Assembly (NCBI GenBank): GCA_964493765.1
Contig: CAZBPK010000022.1
Location: forward strand, 9,958 to 73,957
Length of the DNA: 64,000 bases
Direction of reading: 5' to 3'
Source of the DNA: an uncultured Bacteroidia bacterium
GTDB taxonomy: Bacteria; Bacteroidota; Bacteroidia; J057; CALLMJ01
Positions 48,901 to 58,686 of this stretch are shown here, piece by piece (within the stretch, counting starts at the first letter, position 1; every line of letters begins with the position of its first letter). Under the pieces are notes generated by a model that worked only from the letters and a program-made list of their open reading frames with translations, was not told the origin of the DNA and ran no database searches. The position numbers and the translations under genes were made by a program.

Positions 48901-48999
48901 TCCCACAAGCCAACGCACCCAAGCCGAACCACCACTGCACGACTAATCAAATGTATTTTAGTTGTTTGATATTTAACGATAAAAAAAGGAGACTACGTA

Positions 49000-50646
49000 A
49001 TGAGCTTTTTAAAGATATTAGAGAAATACAGAACAATTTCATTCTCCGAAAGAGATAAAGGAGAACGCTTAATGCAAGCTTATTTGTTAACTGACCCACA
49101 ATATGCCAGTCAATTTAAAAAAGTATGGTTATGGAATGAATTTCCAGGTAAGAACGACCTGGGGGTAGCGACACAGGTTAGCAGTAACTCATCACAATGA
49201 ATATTGGGCAATACAATGCAAATGTTATCAGGAATCATCTACTATTGATAAACCTGCTGTTGACAGTTTTCTTTCCACTTCGAGCAGGGAATTTAAAGGC
49301 GAGGATTTAAAAACCACAAAATTCACTCAACGACTTTGGATTTCCACTACCAACAAATGGAGTTCAAATGCTCTTGAAGCCATCAGTAATCAAAATCCAC
49401 CTGTTACAAGAATTAATCTTCACAACCTTATTGAAGCCCCTATTGATTGGGAGAAACTCGAACAGGGTATCCATGGCGCTAATGCAAGAACTGAAAAGAA
49501 AAAATTATATCCCCATGTTCTTGAAGTTCGCGATAAAGTTGTTGAGTATTTCAAAGATAATGAACGTGGTCGCTTGATAATGGCATGTGGTACTGGTAAA
49601 ACCATAACCTCTCTCAAAATTGCCGAGAAATTTACCAACAAAAAAGGAACAATACTTTTTCTTGTGCCTTCTATTGCACTCGTTGGGCAAACCCTTCGTG
49701 AATGGACTTCGCAAGCCGATGAACCCATCAACCCAATTTGTATTTGCTCCGACCCCGAAATAACCAAAAAGAAAAATGTAACTGACCAGGATTTAACTAG
49801 TACCATTGATTTGGCTTGGCCTGCATCTACCGATGAAAAATATATTCTTAAACAATTTCAACACTATAAACAAAATGGCAATAGTGGAATGACTGTCGTT
49901 TTTTCCACTTATCAATCCATTGAAGTAATTGCCAATACACAAAAAGTACTATTAAAAAACGGATTTCCTGAATTGGATTTAATTATTTGCGACGAAGCAC
50001 ACCGCACAACAGGTTATACCGAACCAGGCATGGATGATTCTGCCTTTGTGAAAGTGCATGATAACAATTTCATCAAAGCAAAGAGGCGTTTGTACATGAC
50101 GGTTACACCTCGCTTATACAATGTTGATGCTAAGTCTCAAGCTGCCAAACTGGATATACCGCTGTGGTCAATGGACAATGAACAATATTTTGGAAAAGAA
50201 ATTCACCGCATTAGTTTTGGTGAAGCCGTTGAACGTGGTTTGCTTACTGATTACAAAGTAATCATTTTAACGTTGAACGATAAAGATGTTCCGCCAGCCG
50301 TACAAAAAATGATTGCCAATGGCGAAACTGAAATTAAAACCGATGACCTTACAAAACTAATTGGCACGGTAAACGCTTTATCCAATCAGTTTTTAGGTAA
50401 CGAAGCCATTAAAGTTGAAGGCGATGAAAAACCCATGAAACGGGTCGTTGCATTTTGTGGCAATATTACTAATTCTAAAAATATAGCCGAAATCTATAAT
50501 AAAGCTACTGAAAATTACCTAGAATCATTACCCTAAGAAAAAAAGCAAAAATGGTTACCGTGCAAGCCATGCACATGAACGGCACAATGGCTGCTCCGCA
50601 ACGCGACCAAATGCTTACTTGGCTCAAAGAAAATACGCCGTTTTGA
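49000..50646 (+). pseudogene. Mrr-like nuclease / SF2 helicase (type ISP-like restriction enzyme family) gene, frameshifted and 3'-truncated
   Basis: The N-terminus MSFLKILEKYRTISFSERDKGERLMQAYLLTDPQYASQFKKVWLWNEFPGKNDLG is followed by frame changes at the G5 run 49161-49165 and at about 49178. The open frame resumes (EYWAIQCKCYQESSTIDKPAVDSFL...) into helicase motif I MACGTGKT and motif II ICDEAHRT. Another frame change lies near the A-run 50538-50544. The reading stops at 50644-50646, before helicase motifs IV-VI. Helicase C-terminal, methylase and TRD modules are absent. Confidence 0.75.
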
Positions 50647-50665
50647 GACTATCTCTTTAATGTTT

Positions 50666-51811
50666 TTACACTTTTGTAAGTGCAAATTCAATAGATTCTA
50701 GTAAATCTTCGGTATCTTCAATACCTACTGATAATCGTATTAAGGTATCTTTTAAACCCGCTTTTAAGCGATCCTCACGGGGGATAGATGCGTGTGTCAT
50801 AGTTGCTGGATGCCCAACCAAGGATTCTACTCCACCTAAACTTTCCGCAAGAGTAAATAATTTTGCATTTTTCATAAAGTTAAATGCACTATCTAAGGAG
50901 TCACTTTTTAAAGTGAATGAAACCATACCCCCAAAGTCTTTCATTTGCTTTTTAGCTATTTCATGATTTTTATGTTGAGCTAAACCTGGATAGAATACTT
51001 GTTCAACTTTAGAATGATTGACTAAGAAATTGGCAATAGCTGAAGCATTTTTGCAATGTTGTACCATTCTTAAATGTAGAGTTTTTAAACCTCGTTGAAC
51101 TAAAAAACAATCAAAAGGACCTGGAACAGCACCGCATGAATTTTGTAAAAACGCAAGTTGTTGGTGAAGTTCGCTATGGTTTGTCATTAAACAACCCATA
51201 ACTACATCAGAGTGCCCTGCTAAATATTTAGTAGCTGAATGTACTACGATATCAGCCCCCAAATCTAAAGGATTTTGCAAAAATGGGGAGGCAAAAGTAT
51301 TATCAACTACAGTAAGAATATTGAATTTTCTTGCAATTTCTACAATTTTTTGAATATCAATGATATTTAAAAGCGGATTGGTAGGAGTTTCAACCCAAAA
51401 CATTTTAGTATTAGAATTAATCATAATTTCCACTAAATCAATTTCTTGAAGAGGAATAAAATGAAACTTAATACCATAGTTAGCAAATACTTTAGTAAAC
51501 AATCTAAAAGAGCCGCCGTATAGGTCATTGGTACAAATGACTTCATCACCGGGTTTAAGTAATTTCATGATAGTATCTTCGGTAGCCATACCAGAGGCAA
51601 AACATAAAGCATGATTAGCATTTTCTAATGCCGCTAAGGTAGTTTGTAAAGCTGTTCTAGTAGGATTGTGAGTTCTAGAATATTCATAGCCTTTATGCTT
51701 GCCAGGTTCTTCCTGAGCATAAGTTGAAGTTTGGTAAATAGGAGTAATTACTGCTCCTGTTAAACCTTCTGGATCATTTCCAATATGAATTGATTTTGTT
51801 CCGAATTTCAT
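50666..51811 (-). CDS. Cys/Met-metabolism PLP-dependent enzyme (cystathionine beta-lyase / gamma-synthase family)
   Basis: MKFGTKSIHIG (ATG 51811; the track start is TTG), PIYQTSTY, PLP-lysine motif HSATKYLAGHSDV. Confidence 0.88.
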   Translation of the reverse strand: MKFGTKSIHIGNDPEGLTGAVITPIYQTSTYAQEEPGKHKGYEYSRTHNPTRTALQTTLAALENANHALCFASGMATEDTIMKLLKPGDEVICTNDLYGGSFRLFTKVFANYGIKFHFIPLQEIDLVEIMINSNTKMFWVETPTNPLLNIIDIQKIVEIARKFNILTVVDNTFASPFLQNPLDLGADIVVHSATKYLAGHSDVVMGCLMTNHSELHQQLAFLQNSCGAVPGPFDCFLVQRGLKTLHLRMVQHCKNASAIANFLVNHSKVEQVFYPGLAQHKNHEIAKKQMKDFGGMVSFTLKSDSLDSAFNFMKNAKLFTLAESLGGVESLVGHPATMTHASIPREDRLKAGLKDTLIRLSVGIEDTEDLLESIEFALTKV

Positions 51812-51827
51812 ATTTATATTAAACAAA

Positions 51828-54800
51828 TTATTTCACTTCAAATCCAATTAACAGAACATCATCTGTTTGTTGTTGATTTCCTTTCCAATCATCATAAGCT
51901 TTTTCAATAATTTTGATTTGCTCCTCTAATGATAGGTTAGCATTATTTTTAATAAGGTTTCTTAATTGCTTAGGGGTAAATTTTCTACCTTCTGGACCAC
52001 CGAATTGGTCAACAATACCATCTGAACACATAAAAAATCTATCTCCATTTTCTAGTTGAATGTTTCTAGGAGTGTACATTTTATTGGCGTATTGGTCACC
52101 ACCAATTGGGAAACGATCGGGTTTCATTTCAATGTATTCACCATCTTTTTTCAAAATGTATAAAGAACGGTTTGCCCCTGCAAATTCTAACCATTTAGAT
52201 TTTATATCAAATTTTACAAGCACCATATCCATACCATCATTACTGTCTCCACCTTGTTGGCGTAATAAAACTTGAACTCTTAAGTCTAGTAATTGTAGAA
52301 TTTCTGCGGGTTCATTTACTGCATTTTCTGTAATTATAGATTGTAAAGAGTTTTGCCCGAGCATACTCATTAAAGCACCGGGTACACCATGCCCTGTACA
52401 GTCTGCAACTACTAAAAATAAATTATCACCTTGTTTATCAAAGAAATAAAAATCCCCTGATACAATATCTCTAGGTTTATAAATAATAGAAATATTTAGA
52501 AAATCAGTATAGTCATTAGGAGAGGGTAAAATAGCTTCTTGGATTCTTTTAGCGTAAATGATACTTTCATACAATTCTTCATTAATGATTTCCAATTCTT
52601 TCTTTTGTTCATTAATTTCTTGAGTTGCTTCATCAATCTTGGTAGCAAGTTCTCTATTTCTTGCTTCTAAACGCTTTAAATTGTATTGAATTAGTAACCA
52701 AATTAAAACGACCATCACTAAAAGATAAAAAATATAAGCCCAAAGGGTTCTATACCAAGGCGGAGTTATATATACGTGAATAAAGTCTGCTTCGCCAATA
52801 GTACCATCAGCAGCTTGTACCCTTACATGAAAAGTATATTGACCTTCAGAAATACCATTTAAAACAAAAACTGATGATTTTTGCCATTCAGACCATGTCT
52901 CAATTAGCCCACCTATTTTAAATTGGTAATATAACCCGTCTCCACTTACTAAATCATTACTTGATGCAATTAATTTTAAAACAGAGCCATAAGGTACCAT
53001 TATGGATTTAGATTCTTGATTTTTAAAATCTCCTAAACCTCCATATAAAGTTTCTTTATCATTCTCAAAAAATCTAATGCTTGTTTTTATTTTTTTAGGT
53101 TGATATTTAGATAAATTCAGCTTCATTAATTGATCAGGAAAGGCAATCCATGAAGTATTTCCATCAGTATAAAATGCAGTTGGCAATTCTTTTCTAAAAC
53201 GGTTAAAGGAAATACTATCTAATAATATCTGATTATTGGATAACTTGAAAGGCAAAATTCCCGAATTGTCATAAGTAACTAAAACGGAATTAGCTTCCCA
53301 TAAATTGGATTTAGCAATTTTTAAAGCATCAAAAAGTTTAAATTGAGTTTCATTTTCAAGTATAAAGTATCCTTTTCCTGATTCAACAATTAATTGGTTA
53401 TTGACAAAATGCACAATAGCTTTTGCAGAAGGAATACCTTCTTCTTTACCATAAAACTTAGCAGTAGAAGGAGGAATAAATTTTACTAAGCCTTTATAAT
53501 TGGTTCCAATCCAAATATTTCCTTTGGAATCTTTTACAATAGAGTTAGTTTCTAATGAAACATTTTCTATTAAATTTTCAATTTTATATTTACCTTCGTT
53601 AGATTGAATATTACCAGCACAATCCTGACCGGCAAACCACAATGAATTTGCTTGAACATTCAAGTTATAAACGGGCTTTTCACTATAAATTAATTGTGTG
53701 CTCAAATCATTAACAACAGAAATCCCTAAATTGGAAGCAATAAAAAGTTTATCATTATAATTAACAATTTTCCAACTTTCAGTATTTTCTAAGCCTTTTA
53801 AAGCTATAAATCCATTTCCAGATTTTTTATAGGCACCTGTAGTTGCTGTTAAATAAAGTTCTCCCTTCCATTCAACAATGGAGGTAATTTTACCACCAAT
53901 GTTGTCAATATTATAAATTTCCATAGGAAGGTTCAATAAAATTTGCGTAACTCCTTTGGAAGTAGCTACCCATAAATTTTGGTCTTTGTCAACAAATAAA
54001 TTGTAAATATTATTATCAGGAATTAGGTTTCCTTTACTAATTCTTCTTATTAACTTTCCTTGAGCATCAATAATATATACACCTGTACTGTAAGTACCAA
54101 CTGCAACATTTCCATTATCAAAACAAGCTACATCAATAATATGGTATTTTGAAAACTCTGCATCTAATTCTGTTTTAAAAGGTTTTAGTGAACCATCGTA
54201 CCAAAATAATTCATCAGCTAAGGAAACAATAAGTTCTTTTTCTTTACAACTAGTAGATTTGTAAATACCACTAGAGGTTAAAGCCTCAAATCCTTTTAAA
54301 TCTGTTATATTTTTATCTTTTATACTTTTTAAACCTCCTTTTTCTGAATAAATCCAAGCTTCGTTTTTGGAACTCCCAGAACCTTCTATACTAAAATTCC
54401 ATTTTAATTGGGTTGGTTTATTTTCTAAGCTAGAAATGTCAAGATGGTAAATACTTTTATCAGTTATGTAAGTAACTTGATTTCCTAAAACGTGAATGTT
54501 AATTACTTCATTAAAACTGAGTTTATTGTCTAATAAATTTTTATAGGATTTATAAACATAATGATGATTTTCACCGGGAATTAATGCTCCAAAATCTTCT
54601 TTACAACCCACCAAAATAATTTTATTGGGACCTAAAGCTAAATTCCTAACAGGATTAGGAGTTTCAATGAGTTTCCAATTGGAACCATCATAAATTAACA
54701 CACCATTATTGTTTGCCAAATACAAAAAATGATTTTCATCTTGAATGATATGCCATACTAAACTATTTGCTCCCATCTCTTTATAAGAAAAATTTCTGGA

Positions 54801-54872
54801 TAAAGGATTTTGGGCTTTAATGAATTGAAATAGTAGAAAAAAAGATAAACTAAACGCCGATAGTAGTTTCAT
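51828..54872 (-). CDS. Sensor protein: periplasmic beta-propeller (two-component regulator propeller-like) + TM + coiled coil + SpoIIE/PP2C phosphatase domain
   Basis: Signal peptide MKLLSAFSLSFFLLFQFIKAQ, about 700 aa of repeated propeller-like modules, a TM (WAYIFYLLVMVVLIWLLIQ), and a C-terminal SGDFYFF...VADCTGHGVPGALMS...DGMDMVLV...GDRFFMCSDGIVDQ. Confidence 0.8.
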   Translation of the reverse strand: MKLLSAFSLSFFLLFQFIKAQNPLSRNFSYKEMGANSLVWHIIQDENHFLYLANNNGVLIYDGSNWKLIETPNPVRNLALGPNKIILVGCKEDFGALIPGENHHYVYKSYKNLLDNKLSFNEVINIHVLGNQVTYITDKSIYHLDISSLENKPTQLKWNFSIEGSGSSKNEAWIYSEKGGLKSIKDKNITDLKGFEALTSSGIYKSTSCKEKELIVSLADELFWYDGSLKPFKTELDAEFSKYHIIDVACFDNGNVAVGTYSTGVYIIDAQGKLIRRISKGNLIPDNNIYNLFVDKDQNLWVATSKGVTQILLNLPMEIYNIDNIGGKITSIVEWKGELYLTATTGAYKKSGNGFIALKGLENTESWKIVNYNDKLFIASNLGISVVNDLSTQLIYSEKPVYNLNVQANSLWFAGQDCAGNIQSNEGKYKIENLIENVSLETNSIVKDSKGNIWIGTNYKGLVKFIPPSTAKFYGKEEGIPSAKAIVHFVNNQLIVESGKGYFILENETQFKLFDALKIAKSNLWEANSVLVTYDNSGILPFKLSNNQILLDSISFNRFRKELPTAFYTDGNTSWIAFPDQLMKLNLSKYQPKKIKTSIRFFENDKETLYGGLGDFKNQESKSIMVPYGSVLKLIASSNDLVSGDGLYYQFKIGGLIETWSEWQKSSVFVLNGISEGQYTFHVRVQAADGTIGEADFIHVYITPPWYRTLWAYIFYLLVMVVLIWLLIQYNLKRLEARNRELATKIDEATQEINEQKKELEIINEELYESIIYAKRIQEAILPSPNDYTDFLNISIIYKPRDIVSGDFYFFDKQGDNLFLVVADCTGHGVPGALMSMLGQNSLQSIITENAVNEPAEILQLLDLRVQVLLRQQGGDSNDGMDMVLVKFDIKSKWLEFAGANRSLYILKKDGEYIEMKPDRFPIGGDQYANKMYTPRNIQLENGDRFFMCSDGIVDQFGGPEGRKFTPKQLRNLIKNNANLSLEEQIKIIEKAYDDWKGNQQQTDDVLLIGFEVK

Positions 54873-55117
54873 TTAAAATGTTTATTAATAAACTGCAAAA
54901 ATAAAAATTTTTTCTAACTGTAAAAATCCAAGCTAATAAAAAAAGACTGTCCCCACATTTTACTATCATTCCAATTGAATAGCATTCTATATACTAACTT
55001 GAATGTTGATAAAATTATGAATGGGATTAGGATAAATTGAAACCTCAATAGTATTTGAATGCACATTGCTAGTAACAATTCTAAACCTTAAAGATTATTC
55101 CATTTACGATGAAATAT

Positions 55118-55777
55118 CTAATGAAGCAAAACGTATAATAAAATATTTGTACCCATTTGAAAGGCTTTCTGTCTTACTTCTTCAGGGTCTCTATGCACTT
55201 CAGGGTCTTCCCAACCATCCCCTAAATCACACTCATAAGTAACCAAACATAATACTCTTCCTTCATGAATAATGCCAAATAATTGAGCAGGTTTACCATC
55301 ATGTTCATGAATTTTGGGTAAACCATTAGGAAAATTAAACTGTTTATGGAATATAGGATGCTGAAAAGAAAGCTCTGTCAATTCATATTCAGGGAAAACT
55401 TTTTTGATTTCACGTTTGATATAAGGAAACATTCCATAATTATCATCTGCTAAAAGTACACCGCCCGCCAACATATATTTTCGTAAATTTTCAACATCCT
55501 TTGGGTTAAATAAAACATTTCCATGTCCCGTCATATATACCATGGGGTATTGAAAAATAGATGGGCTTCCCGGTTCAACTATTTCCTCTTCTAATTGAAT
55601 TAAGCCCTTTGTGTTTTGGCGAAAATAACGATAAAAATTAGGCAATGAGGAAGGATTTGCATACCAATCCCCACCTCCATCATATTTTAATTTTCCTACC
55701 TTAAAACTATGCAAAGAAGAATTTTGCCCGTATAATAATCCACTAATCAAAAAGCAAAAGAAAAAGAAATTTTTCAT
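55118..55777 (-). CDS. DUF4159 domain-containing protein
   Basis: KLKYDGGGDWYANPSSLPNF...YMTGHGN...GGVLLADDNYG is characteristic of DUF4159. Has a signal peptide. Confidence 0.6.
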   Translation of the reverse strand: MKNFFFFCFLISGLLYGQNSSLHSFKVGKLKYDGGGDWYANPSSLPNFYRYFRQNTKGLIQLEEEIVEPGSPSIFQYPMVYMTGHGNVLFNPKDVENLRKYMLAGGVLLADDNYGMFPYIKREIKKVFPEYELTELSFQHPIFHKQFNFPNGLPKIHEHDGKPAQLFGIIHEGRVLCLVTYECDLGDGWEDPEVHRDPEEVRQKAFQMGTNILLYVLLH

Positions 55778-55778
55778 G

Positions 55779-57164
55779 TTACAAAGATAAAGATTTTAAC
55801 CAATCCCAAGCAGTTGCATCTTTTTCATAAAACTCTAAATAAGTTAACAAATGCTCTTTCGCTTGTTTTTTATTTCCTAAAACAATGTGATACATGGCTG
55901 CTGTAAAATTATAATCTGGATCACGAGGATCTATTTGTTTAGCTAAATAAAGGTATTTTTCTACTTCATTCATTTTCCTAAACTTTAAATAATATTGAGC
56001 CAAGGCTGTAAAAATATGAGGTTCTTTAGGCTTTTTTTCTAATAACTTTCGCAATGTTTCCTCTGTTTGATAATAATTTTTGGCAAAAAAATACGCTTTT
56101 GCTAACATCAAATAGTGATTTTCATCAGGAATATTTTTGACTAAAAGAGAAGCTGATTTAACGCATTCTTTATAATTTTCCATTTCAAATTGAAATTGAA
56201 TATAGTTGTAATAAACAGGTTTATAGTAATTATCGATTTCAATCGCTTTTTCAAAGTGCTTTCTTGCTTGGAGAGTATCTTTTTCTAAAAATTTAATAAG
56301 TGATAATAAAGAATGCCCCACCGCTTGATTATTCAAATAAGGTAAATGAGCTAACCAATGATGATACAAAGAATCAGAACTATTTTTTAGAACCATTGGA
56401 AGCCTCCAAGTTTTAAAACTCATTTCTCCAAATTCATAATCGGTTAATTGTAAAATAAAATTTATAGTTTCTATGTAAGTTTTTAGAATATGCAAAGACT
56501 TATAATCAGGATTTTTTTTTATTTCTTTGTCAAGCAAAGCATAATCATCATGTATTCCATAATAGGCATTTTCATAAAAATTTAAAATTACTAAGTTATA
56601 TATAGCTTTTAAATGGGTGGGTTTTTGGTTTAAGATTTGTTGAGAGAGAAGTTTGGCTTGTTCATAATTTTGATTTTCAAGACAATAATCCAAATAAAAC
56701 TCTTTGACTTTGAATTCTTCAGGGTAATATTTTAAGGCTGAGTCTAATAAATTCATTTGTAAAAATTTATCTTTTTTGATACGATTATACTCAGAAGCAT
56801 GCAAAAGCCCTAACATATCCTTCGGATTTTGAGATAATTTTTTATCTATAGTATTTTTGTATCGTATGAGAGTATTTTTTTGACCCTCTAAATTATAAAT
56901 GTATCCTTGAACTTCATAAAGCCTTAATATGCTATCCAAATCGTTAGGATTTTTTTCTAAATATTTGGATAATTGAGTTTGATAGTTGTATGAATAAATG
57001 GGATAAGAACTTTCTAAATCTGTAGAAGATAAAGCAAATTGAAGGTTATTATTTTTGTTAAAAATATAAATATTAGAATCAATCTCTTGTGCAGTGATGG
57101 TTCGTTGCCCATGAACTTGAAGGGAAAACAACAACAAGAAAATAGATAAAATGTATTTATTCAT
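55779..57164 (-). CDS. Tetratricopeptide (TPR) repeat protein, secreted
   Basis: Signal peptide followed by multiple TPR-like helical pairs (..AK.YF....Y..A...L...L...P). Starts 1 nt upstream of the DUF4159 gene. Confidence 0.65.
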   Translation of the reverse strand: MNKYILSIFLLLFSLQVHGQRTITAQEIDSNIYIFNKNNNLQFALSSTDLESSYPIYSYNYQTQLSKYLEKNPNDLDSILRLYEVQGYIYNLEGQKNTLIRYKNTIDKKLSQNPKDMLGLLHASEYNRIKKDKFLQMNLLDSALKYYPEEFKVKEFYLDYCLENQNYEQAKLLSQQILNQKPTHLKAIYNLVILNFYENAYYGIHDDYALLDKEIKKNPDYKSLHILKTYIETINFILQLTDYEFGEMSFKTWRLPMVLKNSSDSLYHHWLAHLPYLNNQAVGHSLLSLIKFLEKDTLQARKHFEKAIEIDNYYKPVYYNYIQFQFEMENYKECVKSASLLVKNIPDENHYLMLAKAYFFAKNYYQTEETLRKLLEKKPKEPHIFTALAQYYLKFRKMNEVEKYLYLAKQIDPRDPDYNFTAAMYHIVLGNKKQAKEHLLTYLEFYEKDATAWDWLKSLSL

Positions 57165-57243
57165 TTTGGGTAATTATAGTAGATATTTTATTTTACGTAG
57201 AAACTCTTTCATAAGTTTCTAACCCATTGGAATTTTAAAAAAA

Positions 57244-57918
57244 TTACCTAGCTCTTCTACCCTCTCCTTCTATAACCATTTGCATGGATAAACTTAAATG
57301 CATCATTTTATCATTACCACTTTGTGTTCCTAACTTACCGATGTTATCCAAATAATCGGTTGTAGTGAAAACATAAAAATAATTTAAACCCACACTAAAA
57401 TTTCTAGAAAGCTTAAAATCAAAACCTAAATTTAAAGGAAAGTTTAAGGTATTAGAAGCATAAGATTCACCGGGCATTCTGGTGGATAATACGGTGGATA
57501 AATTTTGGTTTTGTTCATTTTTGGGAGTAAAATGTAAAAGTCCTAATCCTAAACCTAAAAATGGACTTACAGGACTTTTAAAGAGAGGTCTAAATTTTAA
57601 AGAAAAAGCTGCATTAACAAAAGGAGTTTTTACAAAAGCATTTGGTTGGCGACCTTCCACAGGAGGTAAATTTCTTGTTTGAGCAATAAATTTACCGATA
57701 ATAATATGAAACCCGGGCATAAACATTTTTTGAGTTTCAAAACCTAAACTTAAATGGACTCCCGGATAAAAACGGTGCATTTTTTCATTAGCGTTTAAAT
57801 CCCCGAAATAGGTATTTCCTGAATATCCAATACCTATTCGTGGACCTTTAACGCTAATTTGAGCGTGGTTATTATGTAGGATAAAAAATAAAGATACTAA
57901 CAAAAACCACTTTTTCAT
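57244..57918 (-). CDS. Outer-membrane beta-barrel protein (small porin/OmpA-barrel-like)
   Basis: Signal peptide MKKWFLLVSLFFILHNNHAQ followed by alternating beta-strand pattern with aromatic girdles. Confidence 0.6.
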   Translation of the reverse strand: MKKWFLLVSLFFILHNNHAQISVKGPRIGIGYSGNTYFGDLNANEKMHRFYPGVHLSLGFETQKMFMPGFHIIIGKFIAQTRNLPPVEGRQPNAFVKTPFVNAAFSLKFRPLFKSPVSPFLGLGLGLLHFTPKNEQNQNLSTVLSTRMPGESYASNTLNFPLNLGFDFKLSRNFSVGLNYFYVFTTTDYLDNIGKLGTQSGNDKMMHLSLSMQMVIEGEGRRAR

Positions 57919-57931
57919 CTTTTAATAATTT

Positions 57932-58471
57932 TTAGAAATTTTCAAAACCAATGTCTTGTAATTCTTCTTGGGTAGCGGGTCTAACATTTACAATTTTACC
58001 AGCAAAATGTAAATCTTTACCAGCTAATTCATGATTAAAATCTAGTGTAACTTGTTCTAATCCTACATGATGAACTTTTGCCATAAATTGATTTCCTTGT
58101 TGGTCCATTAATTGAATGTGATTACCAACTTTGATATTTTCAGCGTCAAATTGTCCATTCTCATTTAAAAAATGTTCAATAGGAAAAGGGATAATATTTT
58201 CTTGCTTTTTTTCTCCATAAGCTTCATTTGCAGGAATCCAAAAATCAAAAGTATCACCAGCAATTTTACCAGCAATAGCTTTTTCAAAACCGGGTATTAA
58301 TTGACCTGCTCCAAATAAAAAGATAAATGGATCTTTTTCTGGGGTTTCTTGAATACTGATTTCTTCGGTACCTAAATCATTTTTTACGGTTAAATGGTAA
58401 GTAAGTGTTACCACTTTCTTGGGTTCTATAATCATTTGTTTAAAAAAAACGCAATTTAAGGATTTTTTCAT
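57932..58471 (-). CDS. FKBP-type peptidyl-prolyl cis-trans isomerase (SlyD/FkpB-like)
   Basis: KKVVTLTYHLTV...FIFLFGAGQLIPGFEKAIAGK.AGDTFDF.IP..EAYGE...LAGKDLHF...V. The start is uncertain: either the track ATG at 58471 or the internal Met of MIIEPKK near 58434. My hand count across the homopolymer run 58438-58449 did not reconcile the two. Confidence 0.8.
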   Translation of the reverse strand: MKKSLNCVFFKQMIIEPKKVVTLTYHLTVKNDLGTEEISIQETPEKDPFIFLFGAGQLIPGFEKAIAGKIAGDTFDFWIPANEAYGEKKQENIIPFPIEHFLNENGQFDAENIKVGNHIQLMDQQGNQFMAKVHHVGLEQVTLDFNHELAGKDLHFAGKIVNVRPATQEELQDIGFENF

Positions 58472-58686
58472 TATTCCAATGTTTTTCTAATCGTTTTTTG
58501 ATTTTGATATTTGAATTTTATTCTTTGAGTCTTGAATTTTCAATCATTATTTTTGTTCTCAAAAATCAATTCAGGTAAAATAGAAAACCATATCAGCCCG
58601 AAGAGTGGCAATCCAATCAACTAATTACATTTACATTTTATCCACTTTTATTGGTTGCCGAATATTTTTTTTATAATTTTGCAACG

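Noticed and set aside
48721-49058. ORFs 48721-48918 (-), 48763-48969 (+) and 48846-49058 (+) as genes of the defence islet.
   Set aside because: They overlap one another in the GC-rich spacer and have Cys/His/Thr/Pro-rich, non-globular translations with no motifs. I treat the region as non-coding; see the structured-spacer finding.
49368-49806. ORFs 49368-49577 (+), 49420-49806 (-) and 49505-49714 (-).
   Set aside because: They lie within or antisense to the helicase pseudogene, whose own frame (EYWAIQCK...MACGTGKT) explains the open reading potential.
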